Shown: positions 1 to 15,800 of the stretch, one piece after another
How positions within the stretch are numbered: the first letter of the stretch is position 1
Layout of the letters: each line of letters begins with the position of its first letter
Source: the human T2T-CHM13v2.0 reference genome, Homo sapiens
Assembly (NCBI RefSeq): GCF_009914755.1
Contig: NC_060940.1
Length of the DNA: 64,000 nucleotides
Reading direction: 5' to 3' (one strand)
Position numbers and translations under genes: made by a program
Notes under the pieces: model-generated
Databases searched by the model: none
The model's input: only the letters and a program-made list of their open reading frames with translations
Told to the model about the DNA's origin: nothing

Positions 1-253
1 GGCAGCCGTGGCTTCGCAGGCACCCAAGGGAGACAGGGCTTGGGGCAGGAAAGAGAGGTCAGCAGGGCCGAGGCTTTGAAGAGGCCAAATTAGCTGAAGC
101 CAGAGATGAGTCTATGGGATTTGGGGACTAGGGGGTTACGATTGGGAGCTGGTCCCAGGCAAAGGCTGGGAGGGGAGAGTGGTGATGGTGATTATGGACA
201 ACTTTAGAGAAATGCAGCTGAAAACAGTAGGAGAAAACACAAGAGAGATGCTT

Positions 254-598
<345 letters not shown>

Positions 599-3229
599 TG
601 AGGTTCCCAATGGGTGAGGCTAGCGCCAGTACACTTGCTGCTGGGGCCAGTAGTCAGTTGCTATATCTGTGGTGCCCAGCACAGGGCCTGGCATGCAGTA
701 GGAACTCAATACAAGTTTGTTGTCTTTGAGGACAGGGAGCAATGGGGTCTAGGACCCTGGCCACTGGCAGGAAGAGGGACCCTCTGCCATTCTGCCAAGA
801 GGAGGCATGGTGGGGGTGAAGGCGTGAAGCAGAGTGCAGGGCAGGGGCTCCTTGGGAATCTGCAGCCTCTTAGCTGCAGAGGGAAGAGGAGGTGACAAGT
901 CAGTGCTGAGTGCTCTGCTCCAGGAACCCAAGTACAGTCAGAGGACAGAGCGAGAGGGCTCCTGGAGTCTGCCACTTGGTACCCCCTACTGTAGACATCT
1001 GTTCCCCTCTCCTCAACCCAGCAGCCGGTGGGTTACCTGGTCTTTAGCTCCTTCAGAGCCGTGCTCTCCCTACACGGCCAGCAGAGGGTACCAGTGAGCT
1101 GCTGGACTCCGCTGGAGGAGACCAGAGCCCGCCTGCCCACCCCTTTGTCCTCCAGAGCCTGGGGCGTGCTAAGGGTTTGGTTAACCAGGTTTCTGACCAA
1201 GGCGGGTTGGAGGCTGGGACAAAGGACTAAGGGAGGCTGTGGGCTGAGGGCTTAGGGGCCGAGTGGCTCAGGTGCTCTGCTCCTGGTCACCCTTCATTCC
1301 TCTGCCCTGCCAGGCCCTGCTTTATCTGTTGAGGCTCCTGCCCACTGCCCCTCTCCGCTTCTCTTCCCTGGAGGCCCCTGACAGCCTAGACTCCTGCTTC
1401 TAGCAGAGGCTGGTTTTCTGCCCCTAGGCAGGCACGACTTGGCAACAGGCCTCAGACAGGGCTGGGCCAGCTTCTGCCAGCAATGACTGCCCTAACCACC
1501 TTGTACTTCTAGAACGTCTCCACCTAATAAGGGATAAGGGGTCAGTGGTTGAGGAGGCCACAGGAGCTGGAGCATAGGTCCTGGGAAGGAGGAGGCTTGG
1601 ACTAGGAAGTGGGATGAATGGGCAGGGGGAGTTTATATAAAAATGTGGCAGATGGTCCAGTCCCACCAAGACCCAAATCCCATAAGACTAATGGCTCTGC
1701 CTGAGGTGGCACGAGGTTCCAGAAGCTGAGCTGGAAACACCCCCTTCCTCATCCTAACCATGTTATACTCTTCAGCCAAACGCAAATCCCAACATCGCCT
1801 CCTGGCAAGTCTGTCCCCATGGTGGCCTTCACGGTTCCTTCCCAGGACAGTGTAGGACCCTGCTTCTGCCTCTTTCCTTATCTTGCCTTCCTGCCCCATC
1901 CCCCTACTCTTCAACTCCTGCTTTAGCAAGTGCTGGTTCTATCTGTGTTGCCTTGACCTTGAAGGCTCCCCAGGACCCTCATCTCAGCTTCTACTCCCTT
2001 CCTCACTCCAAGGGGAAGACTCCAATGGACTGAGGCTGGAGAAACCACAGCCAGACTCTTGGTGTGGTGGCTAAAGCTGGGGGGTCTGGCCAATCCAATC
2101 TCTACAGCTCAAATCAGGAAGTCAGGCCAGGGGTGCTGTGTCTGCCTCCAAGCCTGGGCCATACATTCACCGCAACAGGAATCAGTGACTTTGGAAAAGG
2201 AATGTTTCCCTGAGTTTCTAGAGGCAGGATGACCCAGACCGAAGGACAGAGAGTTACCAGAAACACACACAATGCACACAAATGTACTCACTTGCACACA
2301 CAGGGTCATGGCATAGGGAGTGACACAACCAAATGGCCTGGACAAGCCACAGAGTCCCATGGACACAAGTGCTTACAAACACAGGCACACAAGGTCATGT
2401 ACCCAAGGTCAGGCACACACACCCTCCTCATTCAAGTCCTGCCTCCCAGGTCTGGGGCTTGCCTGTCATCTGTCCTTAGGAGGAGGGATAGGTGGAGGCA
2501 CAGGAGTGGCTCAGGGCAAATTGGTCCTCCACCCAGAGACTCTCCCTTTAGGTGGGTCTGGCTCCCAGCCTCCCCTGAGATTTCCCTGGCTCACCAGGGG
2601 GCTGTGTCTGGTGGCAGAGAGGGCTTTGGAGGAGGCATTGCCCTGAAACCCTGGCAGAGCCTGGGCACCTAAGAGAGAATGAGCAACAGGGCTAGGAAGT
2701 GTGACAGGGAGTCCACAACCTCCCAGGATCTTGGGAGGGCAGGGATGAGGCACTGAGCACGGCCTGGAAGCCCACGGGAAGCAGGGACCCCTCTGTCGAG
2801 GGCTACACCTACTGCTCTCAGCATCAAGCCTGCAGCCAGGTACTGGCACCAACTCCCAGTGCCTGGCAGAGCCCTGGCATGGATGCTAGGCACAGGGTGC
2901 CAGACACGGGGGTGGGCAGGGTGGGGGGCCACTGGGCCACACACAAGCATGGAGACCTTCACACACGCAGGCAGAAAAATCCACCCACACTCATACCACT
3001 TATTTTACCCCCTGGGGGTTCAGGGGAGCAAGGCAGGGACCACCCTGTCCTAGAGGCTGCCTTCACCGACGTCCCTCTGGCCTGGCTCTTGGGGTTGGCG
3101 GGGGTGGGCCATAAGTAATGGGAGACCTAGGTGCTTCCTCTGACACCCCACCCTCCACTGACCCCCACACACATACATTTGTGAGGCAGGAAGTGGGGTT
3201 GTGCGTCCCCAGGTTTAAGCCCTGGAAGG

Positions 3230-4546
<1,317 letters not shown>

Positions 4547-6460
4547 TGACTGGTGGCTGAGAAGAGGGAACCTCCTGGAGTTTGAGAGTTTATGCCATTC
4601 CCTTCCCCAAGAGAGCAGTCTCAGGGGACTTCGGAGGCCTTGAGAAGGGAGGATCGTTACCCCTTGAACTCTGCCTGACATCCCCACCTAAGATACCCAT
4701 CTCCCATTCCTCGGGCCAGAGGGAAGAGCTTAGATGGGGAACTTCCCCACCCCACCCATCCCCCACTGGCTGGGATCCTTGGAGTTCAGAAAAGCTAGAG
4801 GTCACCGTGAGGGGCAGCTGGACATTCAGCTGTCTTTCTGTCTAGCCACCCACTGCCAAACTGCTGAGGCAGTAGTTTGGAGCCTACACCCAGCACCCCA
4901 CCCCCAAGCCCTCCTGGTCCTCTGTGCCCAGGAAGGAGCTCTTAGAGAGCTGGGCTCAGGTGCCTCTGGCCGCCTAGCTGAGCTCCTTTGTCTGGAGCAG
5001 GGAATAAATCTGTCACCAGAGGGAGGGAAGGGGAAGGGGGGGGGGGGCTGGAGGCCCGCCGGAAGTGGGGAGGGGGAGAAAGGCCAGGGGGCACTGACTC
5101 CATTGCATCGTGGGAGGAGCAGCCTGGTCTCTCGCCAATACCCACGGCTTTGGACAGGTGCTCCAGGCTTTGTCCTTGCGCTGGGCCTTTGCTGGGGCAG
5201 CCAGCAACCTGGCTTCTCAGAGACCTCGGTCTAGTAGGGGCCCTGTGTGATCAGATGGGGCTGGGAGAATTTTCCGGAGGAGGAAATCCTTGAGTGGGGC
5301 CTTGGAGCATGAGTGGAGATAAGTGGAGTATGAAAGGGATCTCGGATCAGAGAAAGGATGTGGGACAAAGGCTTAAGGCAGGAGTACACACGGTCTCTGT
5401 AGGGGACAGCCAGTCTGGGTGTGGGGGTGGGGAGAAGGGGATATGAGGTGGTTTCCTTGGGAGGGGCCATGAATCAGGTAAGAAGCCAGACTGCTGAGGC
5501 AGAGTAGGGGGGAAGGAGGCACAAGGGCCTTGCACTCCAGCAAAGATGGTAGAGATGGGGAAGCATTCGGGCTGGACAGGAGAGACCCAGGTTCCAGGCG
5601 CAGTGTGAAGCCTCAGCAGACCCCAGTTTCAGAGGTTTGAGGAAGGAAAATCAACAGACACCCCGGGTATGAAGTAGGGGCCAGGTTGTGGGCTCTGCCT
5701 CTGGGGACAGGGCAGATCCCTTCCTGCTTTATTTGTGAGCCACCTCAACAGGACCCAGGCCATCTGCAGGTACTAGTGGCCTAGCTGGGTAGTCTTTCCT
5801 GAGGTCTCACCTCAGGCCTTTGTGCTGCTGCTGTTGCTTCTGGCCTTGAGCCTGAGAGAGAGGTGAGAGGAAGGATGCTTTCTCTAACTTGGGCTCCTCC
5901 AATCTCTGGTTGCAAAGCTGGGGTTGGGGGAGAGAGGACCACCCAACCTGCCCTGTACAAGCATCAGTAAGACTCCAAGTTTCCCAGGGCCCGAACACTT
6001 GGGGGTTGTCTCTCAACACCCGGCTGGAAGACAAGTAGGTAACCAGGTTCAGCCCCACCTGCCAAGAACACTGTGTTTTGGGCCTGGCAGAGCTGCTACT
6101 CCCCCTCTCCCTCCTAAGAATGCCCAGAGAATCACTTGCCAAGGCTACTCCTGGAGCTCAGCTGTGGGATCAGGGTTTGGGCTGAGGATCAGGTGCCTGT
6201 GTGCACACATGTGCACATGTGTGTGCCAATGGGTGGTAGGGATTGAGCCCGTTGTGAGAACATCCAGCCAGGTTGGAAGTGTGTACAGGTATCTGAGGGT
6301 GTGCACGTGAGCAAGAGGGTGTGCAAGATGTGGGTGACTGTTGGGACCACAGAGCTGAGGCCTGTGGTCAGCTCAGGTCAGAACTGGGAGGTCTGTTTCC
6401 CTTGGGAGGACCTGTCTGCTCTGAGGGGGACCCGGACAAGTGCACATATGCATGTGTGTG

Positions 6461-6464
<4 letters not shown>

Positions 6465-6504
<40 letters not shown>
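6465..6504. repeat. (CA)20 microsatellite in HSD11B2 intron 1
   Basis: Perfect CA run. Probably the known polymorphic HSD11B2 intron-1 marker. Confidence 0.95.
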
Positions 6505-6507
<3 letters not shown>

Positions 6508-7376
6508 GCTTGCCTCCCTCTCCAAGGCAGACTTGCCTGGGAAGTACCCCTCCTCAGCAGGAGCTCGAAGACCCCTGCCCAGTGCTGTTTTCAGTAGAGG
6601 GAGTGGAGCTGAGATGGGGAGACCGTACTGAGCGGTCCAGGAGTAGGGAAACAGAGCTGCTTTGCAGCTTCTGTTCCAGAAGATGGGGGTTGGGGGGCGG
6701 GGTTGAGGGCCAGGGGTGGGAGCAGGAGCAGAACAGAAAGCCTCCCTGCTCACTGGCCTTTCCCCTTCCCTCACTGGCTGCCCATGGAGCCAGGATCAGC
6801 ATGGGAACAATCAAGGAGGCAGGGGCTTATCAGTACTATGGACCCCTACACTGGCTCTGCCTGGTGGTTCTTCTCTTCGCATACCAAAGACAGAAATTAA
6901 GCCTCCAAGAGTGGTAACTGACCTCGGTCACACTTGGTGGGTGTGGGAAAGGATTCAAATGTAGGTCTGTTCTCTTCTTCATCTATCATGGTCCCTGTCC
7001 TGGAGGCAAGTCGTCTGGGGCTCAGAAAACACCCCTGTTGCCACTGATTGGAATTCCAAGGGTCTGGGTGAAGTGGGGATGGGCCTCCAGCTTGCCTCCA
7101 GCCTGAAAAAATAGTAGAGGGTGTTGAGGCTGGGAAGGGAGGTGGGGCTCATGTTGTACAGGGCCTGAGCCAGGGAGCTTGGGCTTCATTCTGAGTACTG
7201 TGGCAGCCCTGGGAAGGTTTGTAGCACAGAGGGATATTGTCATTTTTGGAAAGATCCCTTTGGCTGCTTAGGTAGAGAAGGGCTTCAAGAGGGCAGGAAG
7301 GGACAGGACTACAGAAGGGGCTGCTTCAGAGTCCAGATTAAGGAAGGAGAGGCCTGGGCAGTCAGAAAGGAAGAGA

Positions 7377-7998
<622 letters not shown>

Positions 7999-8403
7999 GA
8001 GAAAGGGAGGCTCCTACTAATACTGTGCCTGTGCCTGTGAGCTGTGGCCTGAAATCAAGAAAGCAGAACCACACTGGGGCCTGGGACTGTCCCAGACCTG
8101 ACCTGTGTGAATTTGGGAAGCAACTTAGCATTACTAGGCCTTAGTTTCCTCTTCTGTAAGCCACATTAGTGGGGTAGCCACGGGGAGTCAGGCAGATGAC
8201 AGCTGTCACAGAGTTACTGCCCAGGGCTCAGCTAGAGGGACACAGCCTGCCAGGGATGGGCCTAGGGAAGGAGTTAGGGTTGTTGACTGCTGGTGGCTTG
8301 GTTTGCAGGGGCCTGGATCCCATCCAGACCCTGGTGATTCTGGGGTTGTCTCAGGCTAGGCTGGGCCACAGTGGAAGTTCACTGACTGCCCTGGCCTGGC
8401 CAG

Positions 8404-8616
8404 GCTGTGACTCTGGTTTTGGCAAGGAGACGGCCAAGAAACTGGACTCCATGGGCTTCACGGTGCTGGCCACCGTATTGGAGTTGAACAGCCCCGGTGC
8501 CATCGAGCTGCGTACCTGCTGCTCCCCTCGCCTAAGGCTGCTGCAGATGGACCTGACCAAACCAGGAGACATTAGCCGCGTGCTAGAGTTCACCAAGGCC
8601 CACACCACCAGCACCG
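8404..8616 (+). CDS. HSD11B2: HSD11B2 exon 2 (213 nt)
   Basis: Acceptor CAG at 8401-8403. Completes the SDR cofactor motif TGCDSGFG. Donor G|GTCAGT at 8617. Confidence 0.98.
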
Positions 8617-8698
8617 GTCAGTGGCAAGTGTCCACCAGGCAAGGGCGTGGCAGGGGAGTGGGAAGGACACGGGGACTGGAAGTTTGCTGCTGGGCTGA

Positions 8699-9296
<598 letters not shown>

Positions 9297-9332
9297 TAAA
9301 CAGTCCTAATTGGCTTTGGCTCCCCTAGCTGA

Positions 9333-9779
<447 letters not shown>

Positions 9780-10299
9780 GCCATGTGCACCTATGGCCCA
9801 GCCACTGCAGCACAGGAGGCTCCGTGAGCCCTTGGTTCCTCCCCGAAAACCCCCAGCATTACGATCCCCCAAGTGTCCTGGACCCTGGCCTAAAGAATCC
9901 CACCCCCACTTCATGCCCACTGCCGATGCCCAATCCAGGCCCGGTGAGGCCAAGGTTTCCCAGTGAGCCTCTGCGCCTCTCCACTGTTTCATGAGCCCAA
10001 ACACCCTCCTGGCACAACGCTCTACCCTGCAGCTTGGAGAACTCCGCTGGATGGGGAGTCTCATGCAAGACTTCACTGCAGCCTTTCACAGGACTCTGCA
10101 GATAGTGCCTCTGCAAACTAAGGAGTGACTAGGTGGGTTGGGGACCCCCTCAGGATTGTTTCTCGGCACCAGTGCCTCAGTGCTGCAATTGAGGGCTAAA
10201 TCCCAAGTGTCTCTTGACTGGCTCAAGAATTAGGGCCCCAACTACACACCCCCAAGCCACAGGGAAGCATGTACTGTACTTCCCAATTGCCACATTTTA

Positions 10300-10305
10300 A
10301 ATAAA
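10300..10305 (+). terminator. HSD11B2: HSD11B2 polyadenylation signal AATAAA
   Basis: AATAAA about 520 nt after the stop, preceded by TGTA motifs at 10270-10279. Confidence 0.9.
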
Positions 10306-10814
10306 GACAAATTTTTATTTCTTCTAAAATGCGGCAGGTGCTGTTTGGAGGGGGTCACTGACTGGCTGGCTGAGTGACACAGTGTGGCCGTGTGACAGGG
10401 TGGCAACTCCTGGGGCTCAGCGTGGAGGCTGGGATTCCCCTGGTAGACTCTGGTTCACACCTCCCCCTCCTCCACTGACCTGGGGCAAATCATTTCAGAC
10501 CATGGGTTTCCTCATAGTGAAATGGGGGTAATGACACTGATCCCAATTGCTTGAAGCAACTGGGGAGGCCAGGGGGGCCTCCAGGGCCAACATCTAGCTC
10601 CCCAGGCCTGTATGCATCTGAGCCTCCAGCAGAAGAAGGGGCTATCTCCCTGGGACTCCCCAACCCTGAAGAATCTCGGCTGCTGACTGAGGGAGGGAGG
10701 TGGAGGCTTAGGCAGGGTTGCTTAGCAAGGTGGGGTCACGAGGGAAGTTAGGGGTCATGGAGAGGTACCAGGGCCTAAACGAGACAGCAGACAGTTGGCC
10801 TTAGAGAGGGCAGT

Positions 10815-10820
10815 TTTATT
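10815..10820 (-). terminator. ATP6V0D1: ATP6V0D1 polyadenylation signal AATAAA
   Basis: TTTATT on the + strand about 480 nt past the stop. Confidence 0.88.
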
Positions 10821-11221
10821 GTCTCAGAGGGGCAGGGCTGAGGGAGGGAGCTGAGGAGCAACATCCCCCCAGGCCCCAAGGACACACACACTCTGTCCTT
10901 CCCATGGGCCATGGCTCTGGGAGCGACCCACAGAAGGGAGAGGAGGCTCAAACTGCCCCCAGGCCCCAGGGTTCTCAGGTCAGGGAGTTAGGGAGGAACA
11001 TGAAAGTGACATGCTTCTTAGATACATCAGCGGCTGTAACCACAGGGCTGAGGGGGCCTCCTTGCTCTGGAGGGGGTCTTCGTCCATCCTTGGTGGGGGG
11101 GGGTGCCCAGCCCCTTTTCAGGCCTAAGAACAGTCTCTAAGAGGGTCAGGAGAACTGGGCAGCCGCTAGGACAGCGTACTACACCCCGGACAGGCAGGTG
11201 AGCCACAGGCTTGTCACAGAC

Positions 11222-11271
11222 CACATACACACACACGCACACACACGCGCACACACACACACACACACACA
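11222..11271. repeat. Interrupted (CA/CG)n repeat in the ATP6V0D1 3'UTR
   Basis: 50-bp purine-pyrimidine alternation. Confidence 0.95.
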
Positions 11272-11303
11272 AAGAGTGCAATTGAGAGCCTTGGGCCAGG
11301 ACG

Positions 11304-11465
11304 CTAGAAGATAGGGATGTAGTTGTCGATTTTGGCGCGGTGGCGCTGGGCGATACATTCAGCGATCCACACGATGTTGCGACACTCCTGCTCCTTGAGC
11401 TTCACGAAGGCATAGAAGACACCAAAGTGGAACTGGTTCAGGAAGGCCAACTTGTTCAGCTTTAC
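11304..11465 (-). CDS. ATP6V0D1: ATP6V0D1 exon 8 coding part (162 nt)
   Basis: Encodes [53 protein letters not shown] then TAG. Total CDS 1056 nt = 351 aa + stop. Confidence 0.98.
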   Translation of the reverse strand, partial: VKLNKLAFLNQFHFGVFYAFVKLKEQECRNIVWIAECIAQRHRAKIDNYIPIF

Positions 11466-11568
11466 CTGTGGACACGGGCAGATGTGGTGTCCAGGTGGCC
11501 ATGGCCACAGAGTCAGGTCTAAACCACCAGGTTGGCCTCCCTCTGACAAGCAGACCCTGCAGACTCAC

Positions 11569-11646
11569 CTCGTGCTCAAAGAATCGGTCCTCCAGCGTCT
11601 TGTCTCCAGGGTTGCTACCTGCACCCTCGAAGAGCAGCTTGTACTC
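11569..11646 (-). CDS. ATP6V0D1: ATP6V0D1 exon 7 (78 nt)
   Basis: Encodes [26 protein letters not shown]. Confidence 0.98.
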
Positions 11647-11746
11647 CTGGCCAGGGGGGTGGGGGGAAGCACAAGCATGAGGGTTCTGGGTGGGGGTGCT
11701 TGGTGACAACACATCCAACCGCTGTCCTGCCAGCCGGGGCACTCAC

Positions 11747-11923
11747 CGGGTAGTAATCGGCCACGTTCTTGACCTGTTCATAGTCGTCAGCCCGAGCCAG
11801 CTGCGCCAGGCCCTCAGGGTAGAGCCGCCCACAGTGTGGAAAGAGCTTGGCACGGTCCTCTTTGGACAGCTCTGTGCCGAAAGAATTGATGGTGATGATG
11901 AAGGCGCGGCGGTCTGCTTCAAA
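11747..11923 (-). CDS. ATP6V0D1: ATP6V0D1 exon 6 (177 nt)
   Basis: Encodes [24 protein letters not shown]...VADYYP. Confidence 0.98.
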
Positions 11924-12049
11924 CTGTGGAGCCAGTGCACAGGTAAGAAGAGAGGGAGGAAGAAGGAGGCAGTAGCCAGTCAGTTGGCAGAGCCTCCCCA
12001 GGCCAGGGCTAGCGGGCACCAGCAGGCAGGAGGGCGGGCAGGCACTCAC

Positions 12050-12127
12050 CTCCAGGATGGGGCACATGGCATCAGCCGTAGTCCCGCCCAGTAGGGTGCA
12101 GAACTTGTAGAAGGACTCCAGGTAGGC
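12050..12127 (-). CDS. ATP6V0D1: ATP6V0D1 exon 5 (78 nt)
   Basis: Encodes [30 protein letters not shown] boundaries. Confidence 0.97.
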
Positions 12128-12515
12128 CTGTAGAGAGTATGGAGCTTGCTCAGCACAGGCAAGGAAGCTCTGGAGGGCTTGCTAGGCACAAGCCCTCACA
12201 GCTCCCTCCTCCCCTCCCTAGCCCCTTTCAAGGTGGGTACAAGCACACCCATGGATGGGCCGGGGCAGCCCTTACAGCAAAGCCAATGAAACACTTCTGT
12301 GAATCAGCCAAGTGGCAGCTGCCCACAGCCTCCCACCCAGGAGTGCCAGGGCAGGGCCCACCCGACTGTCTGCTTCAGGCTACAGTCTCCTTCACCCCCT
12401 CACCTCACAGAAGGCTGGGCTCGCAGGGGTCCTCTGACTTTCCCCTGCTGCTCTGCCTTCCTTTTCCCCAAATCTTTCCAAACCTCCCCTTCCTCAGCCT
12501 CTGAAAACCAGGTGT

Positions 12516-12810
12516 GGCTGGACGCAGTGGCTCACGCCTGTAATCCCAGCACTTTGGGAGGCCAAGGCAGGTGGATCACGAGGTCAGTTCAAGACCAGCC
12601 TGGTCAAGATGGTGAAACCCCGTCTCTACTAAAAATACAAAAAATTTAGCCAGGCATGGTGGTGGGTGCCTGTAATCCCAGCTACTCGGGAGACTGAGGC
12701 AGAGAATTGCTTGAACCCGGGAGGCGGAGGTTGCAGTGAACTGAGATCATGCCACTGCACTCCAGCCTGGGCGATAGAAAGAGACTCCGTCTCAGAAAAG
12801 AATAAAAAAA
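12516..12810 (+). mobile_element. Alu (S family) in ATP6V0D1 intron 4
   Basis: Full length, flanked by repeats ending CAGGTGT. Confidence 0.95.
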
Positions 12811-15800
12811 CAGGTGTCCGTAGGCTGGTGAGGAAAGGCCACGCCTGAAAGTCCACAGGGATGGCAGGGACTGAGTGCCCCCGGCCCTCTCTGCCACCTT
12901 CCCTTACAGAACACCTCCTCCTCCCATCCTCCAGGCAGCCCCTCAGCATCACAGAGCAGGAACAAAATTGTCAGGCCAGTTCCTGCTGAGGGATGGTTAT
13001 TGCCTACACGGACGTCAGCTGGGCACAGTACAATGGCAGGCACATGGGCTGCCGGCGGGAACAAGCACTCCCTGCCCAGGCAAATTGGATCTGCTGGGCA
13101 TGAGGAAAGAAGAGGTCAGCCCAGGCCCCAGGTCCCTCCCAACGCTCACTCACAAAAGCAGCCATGCTTCCTCCCAACACCTCTCCATGCCAAGGAAGGT
13201 GGATGATCTTACGGGCCCCATGGGGAGCTCCCTTGTAATGGCCACCCTCCACTCAGACCTCCCTGGTCCCATCTGCTGGCATGGGCTCAGAGACCCTGGC
13301 TCCACAGGCTAGAGACTATTCTTCTAGATTGTAGGCAAGGGTTGGATGGCATGGAAAGCTTTTCATACCGAGGTCTGAACTCCAAGGTGTGGAGACCTTT
13401 CCACCAACCATCAGCCAACTTGGGCTCACAAGCTCTGCTGGGTGGTGCTCCAAGAGAGATGAGATGAGACCCAGGAGTCTGTGAGCCCAGGCCTGCCCTG
13501 GCCAGCAATGCTGGGCAAGCCCAACTCAGGGGAAGGCCTGAGAGTGACCTCTGGGATCACGGGAAACAAAAATCTAGGACAGGTCAGGAAGTAAGAAGCC
13601 TGGAAAAGAGGGTTGACCCCAGCACAGAGGATCCCAGGAATGAGAGGGCCTGGGTGGCAGAGACAGCTGCCAACCCCTCCCATGGCTTGGTGGTACCTTT
13701 CACAGTCCCTCTAGGGGTCTGTCCCCAGCCACCTCCTTCCCTGTGGCCAGCCAAGCTGGATATGTCAAAAATCCCACAGCCTGCCCCAGTGGGGCCCTGC
13801 ACTTCCTATTTGTGGGGGAACCAACCAACCAGGTATTGGGCTCCATGCCCTGCTACCCACCCAATTGCTTAGCCAATCTGTACCAATCCCAGGAGAGGCT
13901 GATCCCAGGGTCAGGGAGGCTGGTGGGACTCTCCTCTGGAGGCTAGGGCAGCTAAAGAAACTGGCAAGATCCCAGCAACCCCGGTACCAAAGTCACCTTC
14001 CCACCCCCGCCCTGTCCCCTGGAGTCTGCCAATCCACGGCTGCTGCACCAGCTGCCTACTGTTCCCACCTGCTGGGTGGTTGAGGGTCCGCCTAATCTCC
14101 CATCTGTGGTCACCGGGCTGGGACATCGCCTGACAGGCTGGCAGTCCTGGCACAAGGCCCACAGCATTGGGTCTGTGTTTATGAGCTAGTGCCTGGGCAG
14201 CCCTCGCCGGCGACTCCAGCTAGAACCAGTCAGGCCCGGTGAGGGCATGGGTGAGGCTGGCGGACAGCCGCACCCCTCACCCTGTCTCAGGGCAGGCAAC
14301 CCGGCAACAGGCCAGCTAGGCGCGTGCGTACACACACACACACAAACACACACGTGTGTATGCTCTCTCTCCTCTCAGCTAACTGGCTGGCCTGTGCCCT
14401 ATTAGCGGAGTGGGTGAGAGCACTCACTTTTGCAAACAAGCTGAGCCAGGTGTGATCCCTGGCGCTGCCAGTGACTTATTATGTGGCTTTAGGCAACCCA
14501 CCCTACTTCTCTGAGCCTTCGGTTTCCCCATTTTCACATGGGGATAATGACACCTTCCTAGTTCCTAGCGCAGTCTGAAGGATTAAAGAAGCTGACGACC
14601 TTCCCACCTCTGGTTTCAGGCCCTCTAATCTGCTCTCCACATTGTGGCTAGAAGGGGCTTTCTGAGAAGACTCTGCTCTGTTGGAAACCTCTACTGGCTG
14701 ACCCTGCCCACGGGACTATGTTCAAACTTCTGGCCTTACATTCAAAGCCCTGGGTAACTTGATCCCATGCCTGCCTTTTCTTCTAGACTTCTCCCCTGTC
14801 CATCTGGAATGTGTCCTTCCACAGCAAACTGCCTGCCACTTGGCCCATGCTCTATGCTTTCCTTCTGCACGTGCTGGTCCCTTGCCGACACCACTGCAAC
14901 CTCCAGGCAGGCCCTTCCCCTACCACCAACCCTCACTGTGCTCTGGCCCAGGCCCCTGCAGGGAGATTGGCAGGCCTGGGCTCAGGCTGCAGCCAAATGT
15001 CAGCCAGCTCGCTCCAACCAGGGCAGGAGAGGACTCTCACCCAATAGACAGGTGAGGTCAGCAGGTCCCTCGGCCAGGGCCATCCTCAGCCCTGCTTTGG
15101 GGCCTGCCCACTGCGGATCCATGTTCCTGACTGCAGCCCATCTGGGGTCCTGGCGCTATAGCTCAGTGCCTCACCGCAGCCAGAGCAGAGTCTATCCCAG
15201 ACACCCCTAACCTAACTGGTCTCGGGCTTTTTTTTTTTTTTTTTAAATTTTTAAACTTTCCTCTCCTCTCCGGTCCCCTGGCTCTTTAATCTCTTTGGGC
15301 CAGGGTAGTGCTGACCCAGAAATCCTCAGGGGTTGCCCAGTCTATGCTACAGCCTGGTGGGAGGCAAGAGGTGGGCAGGGGATGAGGACAGTGGGAAGTG
15401 GCACTGACTCCAAGCTTGGGAACCTACGAGGGACATGAGGACCTAGCTATGCCTCGCCAGATCCCTCCCCCCACCATAAGTGAGCACACTGTTGCCTTTG
15501 CTCAAGTGCCTGTCCTTGCTGGCAATAGCTTAGGTAGGGCGGTTCCAGGGGCCACGGCCTGGGTGGTAGTCCATGACCCTCCTGGATGCTGGGGGAGCGG
15601 CTGTCCAGGAGCCAGCTGTAACAGGCCAGCGGTGGAGCACCAGCCACTCCTGCTGATTTTATCTGAGCCCGTCACAGGCACTATGGGATGGAGAACCTGT
15701 TCCACACAGCCTTGTGCCCAGCATGGGAGCCAGAGAATAAGCAGTAAGTCCCTGGGATAGGAGCCTGACATAGCTGCATCCTGTCCCAGCACCTCACATA

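Noticed and set aside
2588-2606. CTCF-like motif TCACCAGGGGGCTG
   Set aside because: Mismatches at core positions; such partial matches are frequent in GC-rich DNA.
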